Shown here piece by piece: positions 8,166 through 16,800 of a stretch of DNA of 64,000 nucleotides (position 1 is its first letter; each line of letters starts with the position of its first letter). The notes beneath the pieces were generated by a model. The model saw only the letters and a list, made by a program, of their open reading frames with translations. It searched no databases and was not told the origin of the DNA. The DNA is from an uncultured archaeon (lineage in GTDB: Archaea > Nanobdellota > Nanobdellia > Pacearchaeales > GW2011-AR1): positions 84 through 64,083 of the forward strand of contig CABMGE010000014.1 of NCBI GenBank assembly GCA_902385625.1. Reading direction: 5' to 3'. The translations under genes and the position numbers were made by a program.

Positions 8166-9029
8166 CTATATGTTTCCTAGATGAACATTATCAAGATACT
8201 TCCTTCCTATTTTATATGCTTTCTCAAGAGATTCAATAGAAGTTGGGGAGGTTGTAACCATATTATACATAGGAAAAAATCTATTTACATGCCAGGGAAT
8301 TTTTTTGTCTATACTGGAAATAAATTTTGCAATACTTGTAAGCTCTTTTTGAGAATCATTTATCCCAGGTATAACAAGGGTAGTGATCTCAAGATAAATT
8401 CCATTCTCATAACTTTTTTTGATAGTATCTAAAACAGGTTGAAGATTACCTCCGCAGTATTTTATATAATCACGATCATTAAAGCATTTAAGATCAATAT
8501 TCATTGCATCAATATAATCGGCTATAAAGTCAAAACTTTCTTTTGAAAAATATCCATTTGTAACAAGTATATTTTTGAGTCCTTTTTTCCTTGCAAGAAT
8601 TGCGCAATCTTTAACAAACTCGATAAAAATAACAGGTTCATTATATGTATAAGAAATGCTTTTGCATTTTGTCCTTATTGCTTCAGATACAACTTTCTCA
8701 GGAGTCATCTCTTCTCCAGAAATACCTGCTTCTTTTGAATTCTGAGAAAGATCATAATTTTGGCACCAGTCACACTTAAAATTACAACCGACAGTCCCAA
8801 TAGAATAGGTTTTTGTTCCAGGTAAAAAATGGTTTAAAGGTTTTTTCTCAATTGGATCAATTCCAAGTGAAGAAATTTTTCCATAAACTAGAAGTATTAG
8901 TTTTCCAGAAATATTTTTGCGAACTCCGCATATCCCAGATCTTCCTTCAGAAATAATGCACTTATGTGAGCATGCAAGGCATCTGACATTATCCCCTTCT
9001 TTTTTATATAAAACACATTCTTTTATCAT
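8166..9029 (-). CDS. amrS: Radical SAM enzyme of the AmmeMemoRadiSam system (PFL-activase-like)
   Basis: 287 aa. N-terminal Cys cluster CLACSHKC, radical-SAM motif GCNFKCDWCQN, and neighbours encoding AMMECR1 and Memo. Confidence 0.8.
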   Translation of the reverse strand: MIKECVLYKKEGDNVRCLACSHKCIISEGRSGICGVRKNISGKLILLVYGKISSLGIDPIEKKPLNHFLPGTKTYSIGTVGCNFKCDWCQNYDLSQNSKEAGISGEEMTPEKVVSEAIRTKCKSISYTYNEPVIFIEFVKDCAILARKKGLKNILVTNGYFSKESFDFIADYIDAMNIDLKCFNDRDYIKYCGGNLQPVLDTIKKSYENGIYLEITTLVIPGINDSQKELTSIAKFISSIDKKIPWHVNRFFPMYNMVTTSPTSIESLEKAYKIGRKYLDNVHLGNI

Positions 9030-9091
9030 AAAATCATAAAGGAATTAGATTTTAATTAGTTTTTGTTCATAGAGAAATAAATATATATCAA

Positions 9092-9820
9092 TTGATCTTA
9101 CTATTAATCATGTGGTATCCAGAACATAAAGAAGAACTAGAATTATTCATAGAAAATGCTTTCAAAAAAAAGCCAAAGATAAAATCTAAAAAAATTAATG
9201 GTCTAATTGTCCCTCATGCAGGATATGAATATTCAGGAAAAGTTGCAGGAAAAGCATTTTCTCTCTTAAAAAATAAAAAAGTTGACAAAGCAATTATTAT
9301 TGGCCCTTCACACTATGTAAATTTATCAGGGCCAATTACAGCAACCAATGGTGAATGGAAAACCTCCCTTGGAAAAATTGCAATTATCCAATTTCCATCA
9401 CTAGAAGTGATGGACTTACAAGCCGAACACTCAATAAAAAATCAAGTTCCATTTTTACAAAAAATTGGAATAAAAGAGATTATTCCTATAATGATTGGAA
9501 GAATTGAGGACAAGGAAGCAAAAGAGCTTGCAAAAAAAATTGCAAAAATAAATGCAGTCTATATTTTCTCAACAGACTTATCACACTTTTTAACCTATGA
9601 AGAAGCAGTTCAAAAAGATAGATCATCAATTAAAATAATAAAGGAATTGAATGAAACTAATTTTAAATCAATAGATGCCTGTGGTTATTTTCCATTAAGG
9701 GTTTTATTTCATTTATGTAAAATAAAAAAAACTCACCCACATCTAATAGAATATAAAAATTCAGGAGATATTACAGGAGATAAATCAACAGTAGTAGGAT
9801 ATGCTAGTTTTTGGTTTTAA
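9092..9820 (+). CDS. amrB: Memo-like protein (AmmeMemoRadiSam system protein B)
   Basis: 242 aa with LIVPHAGYEYSGKVAGKAF...IIGPSH...STDLSH. The true start may be the Met at 9110. Confidence 0.85.
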   Translation: MILLLIMWYPEHKEELELFIENAFKKKPKIKSKKINGLIVPHAGYEYSGKVAGKAFSLLKNKKVDKAIIIGPSHYVNLSGPITATNGEWKTSLGKIAIIQFPSLEVMDLQAEHSIKNQVPFLQKIGIKEIIPIMIGRIEDKEAKELAKKIAKINAVYIFSTDLSHFLTYEEAVQKDRSSIKIIKELNETNFKSIDACGYFPLRVLFHLCKIKKTHPHLIEYKNSGDITGDKSTVVGYASFWF

Positions 9821-9853
9821 ACTTAAACATTTAAATTAAAAAAATATAACTTT

Positions 9854-10300
9854 CTAATTGTCTTTTGAATCTTCTTCATCGTCGTCTTCGTCTTCTAAAT
9901 CTTCTTCTTCAGAATCATCTTCTATCTGAATCATTTCTAGAATTTCAATTATCTTATCAAGTTTTGCATTAAGTTGATTGAATTGTTGTCCAGATATTCC
10001 TGACTCTGCAGGTCTACTCTGACTTCTTGAGCCAAAATTACCGCCTGAACTTGAATTATCGCTTTTTCTAAAGCAATCACTGCAAAGAACAGGTTTATCT
10101 CCAGTAGGTCTAAAAGGAACTTGACATTCATTACCACATTTATCACAAGTAACATCATGCATTTGGGCAGGCCTTCTGCCACCAAATCCGCCTCTACCGC
10201 CAGAGCTGCCACCAAAGTCTCTTCCTCCAGATCTAGAATGAGATCTACCGCCAGATCTGCCACCAAATCCTCCACGACTGTCTGATCTAAAGTTTCCCAT
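9854..10300 (-). CDS. RGG-rich protein with a CxxC-x17-CxxC zinc-ribbon-like domain and an acidic tail
   Basis: 148 aa: GGFGGRSGGRS...repeats, CDKCGNECQVPFRPTGDKPVLCSDC (exact CxxC-x17-CxxC spacing), and a C-terminal EDDSEEEDLEDEDDDEED run. Confidence 0.6.
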   Translation of the reverse strand: MGNFRSDSRGGFGGRSGGRSHSRSGGRDFGGSSGGRGGFGGRRPAQMHDVTCDKCGNECQVPFRPTGDKPVLCSDCFRKSDNSSSGGNFGSRSQSRPAESGISGQQFNQLNAKLDKIIEILEMIQIEDDSEEEDLEDEDDDEEDSKDN

Positions 10301-10407
10301 ATTTATCTACTAGAAATTAGGTTTATAAGTGTATCTACTGGCCGATTAAATTCAAAAAAGGAAGTTTATTTCCAAAAATCTGCATTTTTTAGAAGGTTTT
10401 GCTAAAT

Positions 10408-10761
10408 TTACACAAGCATCTTAAGCCCATCGCCTGACTTTCTAGGAAGTATGTGCATATGAACATGAGGAACAATTTGTCCAGCAACCTCGCCATTATT
10501 AAAAATAAAGTTAAAACCTTCTGCCTTTCCTTGTTTTACCAAATCAAGGGAAACATTCTTAACAGCATCCATAAGTTCACAGCCAAGACTTGTTGGAGTA
10601 TCAAGAAGAGTTTTAAAGTGATCTTTGGCAATAACAAGTGTATGACCTGGAGTTTTTGGATTAATATCTAAAATAGCAATAAACTTATCATCTTCATAAG
10701 TTTTAGTTGAAGGGATTTCTCCTCGAATAATCTTACAAAATACACAATCTTTATTATCCAT
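10408..10761 (-). CDS. HIT-family (histidine triad) nucleotide hydrolase
   Basis: 117 aa with CVFCKII...GHTLVI...VPHVHMHILPR (HxHxHxx triad). Confidence 0.9.
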   Translation of the reverse strand: MDNKDCVFCKIIRGEIPSTKTYEDDKFIAILDINPKTPGHTLVIAKDHFKTLLDTPTSLGCELMDAVKNVSLDLVKQGKAEGFNFIFNNGEVAGQIVPHVHMHILPRKSGDGLKMLV

Positions 10762-10796
10762 AATTATTAAAAACTTAAGTTATTTATAAGATTTAT

Positions 10797-10867
10797 GGGC
10801 CTATTGTTCAGTGGTAGAATGCTCGGCTGGCAGTCGAGAGGCTCGAGTTCGATTCTCGATAGGTCCA
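10797..10867 (+). tRNA. tRNA-Ala (GGC)
   Basis: Hand-folded: acceptor GGGCCTA/TAGGTCC with the G3:U70 alanine identity pair, anticodon stem CTCGG/TCGAG, loop CTGGCAG, T arm TCGAG-TTCGATT-CTCGA. Confidence 0.9.
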
Positions 10868-10926
10868 TTTTTCTTACCTAATCTTACCACTTTGCGCTAG
10901 ATTAGAATATAGTTCGCCAAAATAAT

Positions 10927-10959
10927 AATTTTTATCTAAATTCACTTTAGATAAAAATT
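10927..10959. other. Perfect 14-bp hairpin (AATTTTTATCTAAA-TTCAC-TTTAGATAAAAATT) 60 nt downstream of tRNA-Ala
   Basis: The arms are exact reverse complements. It overlaps the TTG start proposed for ORF 10958. Confidence 0.5.
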
Positions 10960-11065
10960 GCTATCTTACATCTACAAACTGACGAAATCAAAATTTAAAA
11001 AATTACTACTTAAATTTACAAATACAATTAAAAATTTATATAAAGCACAGGTAAATAAAAATAAA

Positions 11066-11365
11066 ATGGAAACAAGAAATTATAGGCCCCTAAAACTAAA
11101 AATAAGGAGAAATCCAAGATTAACATTAGGCCAGATAGAAGCTCTTTCTGAATCAGAATTATTATTTGGAATTAAAGGGTTAAGAAGACACTGCAAAATA
11201 ACCAGGAATATAGCCCAAGATCTAAAAAAATTAGAATTTGAATATCCAAATAATTCCGAGATTATAAAAAGATATAAAGAAATAAAAGAAGATGCAATAA
11301 ATGAACTTAGGGATTACCTAAATACACTAAGAACAAAATATCAATACAAGGAAAGGGTTAATTAA
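11066..11365 (+). CDS. Hypothetical protein (ORF 10958-11365 trimmed to its first ATG)
   Basis: The track ORF begins at a TTG inside a hairpin. The first ATG (METRNYRPLKL...) is at 11066. No family recognised. Confidence 0.35.
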   Translation: METRNYRPLKLKIRRNPRLTLGQIEALSESELLFGIKGLRRHCKITRNIAQDLKKLEFEYPNNSEIIKRYKEIKEDAINELRDYLNTLRTKYQYKERVN

Positions 11366-11759
11366 AACCTCGAGCAAGTACTTTAACTTTCTCTTCAATC
11401 TCATCAACTCTTTTTCTAATTCCAGGAATATCTGTATCAATACAGTCAGTTATTTTCCACCAAATAATTTCTCCATTAAAGCTATTTTTAAAAAAAGCAG
11501 GATCAACATTATCTGCAACAATTACAAGTAAATCATAATTATTGATTTTACTCGAATCAACTCGTCTCGCAATCCTATCTTTAAGATCATAGCCTTTTTC
11601 CATTAAAACATTTACAACGCTTTCAGGAGTTGGGTGATCTGAGCCAATAAGCCCTGCACTTTCCGCAAGTATTTTTTTGTTTTTATTTAATTGATTAAAA
11701 ATACTCTCTGAAACCTTGCTTCGAAATTTATTATGCTTGCAAATAAAAAGTATTTTCAT
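11358..11759 (-). CDS. Low-molecular-weight phosphotyrosine phosphatase / ArsC-type family
   Basis: 133 aa with N-terminal MKILFICKHNKFRSKVSE, a CX5R(S) P-loop in the canonical position. Confidence 0.8.
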   Translation of the reverse strand: MKILFICKHNKFRSKVSESIFNQLNKNKKILAESAGLIGSDHPTPESVVNVLMEKGYDLKDRIARRVDSSKINNYDLLVIVADNVDPAFFKNSFNGEIIWWKITDCIDTDIPGIRKRVDEIEEKVKVLARGFN

Positions 11760-11760
11760 T

Positions 11761-11976
11761 TCAATTTCTCCAAAGTGTATTTACAAGATATTCATGTTGT
11801 GCTCTTTTTATTTCATAGGAACTAAAGGCATTGCACTGTAATAAAAAAGCTATTTCATGCTCTGCTCCAGAATCTAAAATATCGGAAAGACCATTGACTG
11901 TAATAGAATCAAGGTCTTCTCTTGCCCGATCTTCATAAAATTCCCTCAAAACCTCTGAAATATGGGAAACCACCAT
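11761..11976 (-). CDS. Small hypothetical protein
   Basis: 71-aa ORF ending in TGA 1 nt before the phosphatase ATG (TGAAATG). No family recognised. Confidence 0.35.
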   Translation of the reverse strand: MVVSHISEVLREFYEDRAREDLDSITVNGLSDILDSGAEHEIAFLLQCNAFSSYEIKRAQHEYLVNTLWRN

Positions 11977-12181
11977 GGATAATTCGAGGGATAGAACTAA
12001 TTAAATGTTTTGAATAAATAAGGTAGTAGAATAATATCAATTAATAATAACTTTTTTCATAAGGAGCACTCATTTTTATTCACCTCTCCTAATTTTGAGG
12101 GGGATGAAAAAAATAAGGCAATTATAATCAATTCAAAAAAATAAGAATTAAACGGAGTTTAAGGTAAAAAAATTTACAAAA

Positions 12182-13825
12182 TCAATGATAAAACATCTTG
12201 ACTTTATTCTTTATCTCTTTTTCCAGGGCAAGATTTTTGTTCTTGAATTCCTGTTCCTTGACTTTTATTGCCTGTTTTAACTTTTCTTCAAAATCTTTTT
12301 GAAGAGTAGATTTTATCTCTCCTGCTTTTTTCTTTAAAGCTTCTTCTTGCTCTGCCAAATGTCTTATCTCAAGCCTTTTTTGTTCTTCAAAAGACTTCTT
12401 ATCATTCTTTAATTTCTCTTCAGAAGATAATAACTTCTCTTTTAGATTTTTTTCATTCTCTTCTTGCTGCTTTAACAAATTTTTACATTGAATACGCAAT
12501 TGTTCTTCAAAAGACTTCTTATCATTCTTTAATTTCTCTTCTTTTAATAAAAGTTTTTTTCTTAATTTTTTTTCAGCCGATTCTTCCTGCTTTATGAATT
12601 TTTTTATTTCAGCACGCTCTTCTTTTTCAAATGATTTCTTTTGATTTGTAAGTTCCTCTTTTTTTGAAAGCAAACTTGCCCTTAAAAGATCAATCCTTGT
12701 TTTTTCCTTGCCTAAATCTTTTTCTTTCTCAAGGATATTATTTAATGATTCTTCCTTTTCTTTCTCAATTTGAGAAACTTGCTTTGTAATTCTTTCCTTT
12801 TCCCTAAGCACATCCTTTCTTTTTTTAAGATTTTCATTTAATTTTTCATTTATCTCTGAAGTCTGTGCGAGTTTTTCTTTAAGCTCCTTTTCTTCTTCCT
12901 TTTGTTTTTCACGAAGTCTTAAAACTTCCTTGGCTATTTCCGAATCAAATTTTTTATGAAGATTTGCTTTATGAGAAAGTAGCATTTCTTCAAAATGTTC
13001 CCTTTGGGCATTTTTTTCTTCAAGAACGTCTTTTTCAAAATGCTCCCGGAATGATTTTTCCTTTGAAACAAATTCAGCAGAGAGTTTCTTTTTAAGAATT
13101 GCAAGCTCTTTATCAGAGATTTCATCTTTCTTTGCGATCTCGGCCTTAATCAGGCTGTCAAATTTATCATGAACTTCTCGTTTAAGTTCAGTTTTCACCC
13201 TTTGACTGTATAAGTCATGAAACTGATTTTCAAGCTGGTTATATTTTTCATTAAAAAGTTCTTCCCTTCTTTTAAGGTCTTTATGAAGTTCTTTTTGAAT
13301 TTCAGCTTCTTTATTTTCAACTTCCTCAGAAAGTTTGGCTTTAATATCATTTAAGGAAACATTCATAACATCGTCAAATACTTTTCCAACCCCCATGTTT
13401 ACCTTTTTTAAAACTTCATCTTTTCTTTTTTTCTCACCTTCATGAATCTTAATTTTTTTTCTCATAGATTCAATTTCAAGTTTAAGATGAAGAACCTCTT
13501 TTGAAAGCGGAGCGAATTTCTTGCATTGTTCTGATTTCTTTTCAATTTCCTTCTCCAGACTTTTTATTTTTACATCAGGATTAGAATCCTTTCCAGAGCG
13601 AGTTTTGCTTTTTCCAGAAATCTTTTCCTTTAAAAGTTTGAGTTCATATTCTATTTGAGGAATTTCAGATACATGTTTGAGTTTAGAACGAATAGATGCA
13701 ACTTCAGAGGGAAATTTTTTGTCTGCTTTTAGCAAATCAACCTCTTTTTCAAGCTCCTCAAGTCTTTCAATACCTTTTGCATAAATCTCAAAATCTCTTC
13801 TTATAATTTTATCTGCCATTTTCAC
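12182..13825 (-). CDS. Lys/Glu-rich coiled-coil protein, cytoplasmic, with no signal peptide or TM segment
   Basis: 547 aa, almost entirely K/E/L heptad-like sequence. Contains an internal duplication and starts 35 nt downstream of the giant-gene stop on the same strand. Confidence 0.6.
   Translation of the reverse strand: MKMADKIIRRDFEIYAKGIERLEELEKEVDLLKADKKFPSEVASIRSKLKHVSEIPQIEYELKLLKEKISGKSKTRSGKDSNPDVKIKSLEKEIEKKSEQCKKFAPLSKEVLHLKLEIESMRKKIKIHEGEKKRKDEVLKKVNMGVGKVFDDVMNVSLNDIKAKLSEEVENKEAEIQKELHKDLKRREELFNEKYNQLENQFHDLYSQRVKTELKREVHDKFDSLIKAEIAKKDEISDKELAILKKKLSAEFVSKEKSFREHFEKDVLEEKNAQREHFEEMLLSHKANLHKKFDSEIAKEVLRLREKQKEEEKELKEKLAQTSEINEKLNENLKKRKDVLREKERITKQVSQIEKEKEESLNNILEKEKDLGKEKTRIDLLRASLLSKKEELTNQKKSFEKEERAEIKKFIKQEESAEKKLRKKLLLKEEKLKNDKKSFEEQLRIQCKNLLKQQEENEKNLKEKLLSSEEKLKNDKKSFEEQKRLEIRHLAEQEEALKKKAGEIKSTLQKDFEEKLKQAIKVKEQEFKNKNLALEKEIKNKVKMFYH
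12380..12541 (-). repeat. Intragenic 120-nt-period duplication in the coiled-coil gene
   Basis: The same ~42 nt (TTGTTCTTCAAAAGACTTCTTATCATTCTTTAATTTCTCTTC) starts at 12380 and at 12500. It encodes EEKLKNDKKSFEEQ twice. Confidence 0.85.
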
Positions 13826-13860
13826 CTCTCCTATTTAAAAAGTCATTCTTGTTTTTAAAT

Positions 13861-16800
13861 TTATCTTCTTTTAAGAGAATCAACATCATAGCCCTTTTTC
13901 CTCCATTCTTCAAGCTTGTCCTTTTGAACAGAACTGTTCTTTTCAAGAGAACTGACATCATAACCTTTTCTTCTCCATTCTTCAATCTTATCCTTATCTG
14001 GAATTTTGTTTCGCCCAAGCAAATCAACATCATAGCCCTTTTTCCTCCACAGATTTATCTTCTGGTGTGCATTTCTTGGAGATCTCGGAGCTCTTCTGGA
14101 TATTTTTTTAAGCGCATGTTCAAGATAATTTTTCCTTGCAGGAGCCCCGCCAGAATAATCCTTTTTCATTTTATTGTGCATTATAATGGAAATTCCAATA
14201 ATTGCTAAAGTAACCAGAATAATAAAGAATAAATAAGGCCCAACTACATATTTTACAAAAAACCTTATATTAAATATATAATCGCTTAAAAGAGGTAAAC
14301 TAATTATTCCAAAAAATCCAAGCGCAAATATGACTCCAACTGATACAACTAATAAGTAAAAGACAGCAAGGAAAATCCTATGAGTTAAAATCCATTCTTC
14401 CTCATACTCAAAAAAGTTCCTAATTTTCTTTTTCTCAAGTTTTATTACAATTATTAAAAGTAAAAATATTAATATTAAGAGTAAAGGTATTATATAAAAG
14501 AAAATATTATTCAAAGCCGAGAATACATTCCCATCCTTGTCAATTTCAATTTGCCTATGAGACTCTGCAGAATATTTTTCATAAGTTACAGAGACATAAA
14601 GTTCATATCTTCCAGGAGGTGTATCTTTTGCAATGAATAATTTAGCTTTCTCTGTTTTTTCCTCCATATTTCCAATAAATATAGTATCTTTCCCAGAAGT
14701 CACCCTTTGTCCGTCTTTTTCAAGCCAGAAATCAACAATAACATCATTGTTAATATTTGCCATTCCCTTCAAGAAATAAGTGAAGGTAATAAAATTTCCA
14801 GTACCTATTGTTGAACTTACATCAAGTATTTTTATATCAAAGAGTTTTACACATCTATATTCCCAACAGGACTTTCCATCAGTGCATTGGGAATTATCTG
14901 TGCATTCACGAGTATAACACTTATTTTTAAAGCAATATTCTGTATTTTTGCAGTCTTCATTTTTCAAGCATCCATGAATAGCATTATTCTCAATTGTTTT
15001 ATTTTTTATGCTACTTCCTCCACTACCTCCGCCTCCCAAAACTCCATTAGAATTTTGTACTTCATTATTTGAACTTGCAACAGTGCCCCTTATTGCAGAG
15101 TGCCTCAAATTTTCAACTCTTATAACAGAACCTTCATCAAAGCAACTTAAACTTCCCCTTATAATACCCAAATTATTGCCAATGCAATCAGAAAAATTAG
15201 TTTCATCACTTTCTGTACAACTATCGCTCATTTGCGAAATATCAGTTAAGTCTGAATCTTTTACACATAAGTCAACAAAATCATTATCATTAATGTAAAT
15301 AACCTTGCTATATCCCATTTGCAATTGATCGGATAAATTTACAATTAAAGAGTTGTCAGCTTCTTTAATAACTACTTTATTAAGATCTAATTTTGAAAGT
15401 GAAAAATTATGGGTAAAATTCATAATTTTTTTATCAGAATCAAAAAACGCGATTTCTTGAGTATCATTATAACTGCCATAAGTTGAATTGCCACTTATAG
15501 TAATATTAAGATTATTTACACCTTCTTTAACAACATTTGATTCTCTTCCATAAAGATTATCAATCCTGTCAGAAATATTATCTTCATCAAGATCAGTATA
15601 ATTTAATATTAAAGAATAATTCTCTCCAGCCATTTGATTTCCAACAGAGTCGAAAGCCATACAACTCCAGGTATAATTTCCTTTAGGAAGAGTTAAGGTC
15701 CAGCTAGAAAAGTTACTTTCTCCAGATATCTCCTTTGTTTCATTCAATATAAAACTATTATTGAGTCCATCGGTTATATATAAACTGATATTTTTAAGAT
15801 TCTTATTTTCCATTACTGAACAATTAAAGGTCACATTTGAAATAATTGAAGAGTCATCTGAAAAATTATTAGATGGAAAGTCAAGATTTACAAAAGGAGG
15901 CATTACATCTACAGAAAATCTAACTAAACTATTATTGACATTGCCTGAAGAATCATTTGCATAAACGGTAACATTATGCTGTCCAATTATCCACATTACC
16001 TCTGAAATATTCTTGCAATTTTCAAGAATATTGCCTGTTGAATATCCTTCATCATCATACCAGCAAGAATCAAGATTTATATCTGAAACAGTATAACTAA
16101 CAATTAAAGTACCATTATTTGATTCTAGATTATTTTCAGGAGAAGTTATAGATATTAGAGGAGGAGTTATATCTTTTGTAACTGTTCTGTTTTCTGTGAC
16201 AAATGAATTTCCAGCAAAATCAAATAAATTATAAAACCATTTGTAAACTCCATCAACAAGAGTTACGACAATTCCAACAGTTGTAGTAATAGTCCCAGGA
16301 GAATAATTTACAGTTGTTCTATTGATAAGATCATTTGATGAATTAAAAACATTAAGTGTTGCATTTTTAATTCCTGATTCAGTATCTCCATATTCAGGAG
16401 TAATATCGCTCAGGTTTGCAGTAAAATTTATAGAATTATTTAAATAAGAATTATTTTCAGGTGCAAGGAGAGTTGCATTAGGATTAACTACATCAGTATT
16501 GTTTATAGTATAATACTGATTAGGAGATAAACTTTGTAAACAACTTGTCCCATTGCTATATGCCGTCCAATTATAAATAAATGTATTATTGGCAGAGAAA
16601 GTATAATTTGCACTATAAACGTTTGGACTTACACTTCTGGCATAAATAGATGCTCCATTTATATTTAGAATTACAGTCCCATTAGTATTATTGGCAGTAA
16701 TATTAAAGAATGCAACTCCACTTCCAATCAGAGATGCATTATTTGATGAAAAATTAAAGAATTGTGGGTGACTTGTATCAACGTTAAATATAACACTTGT

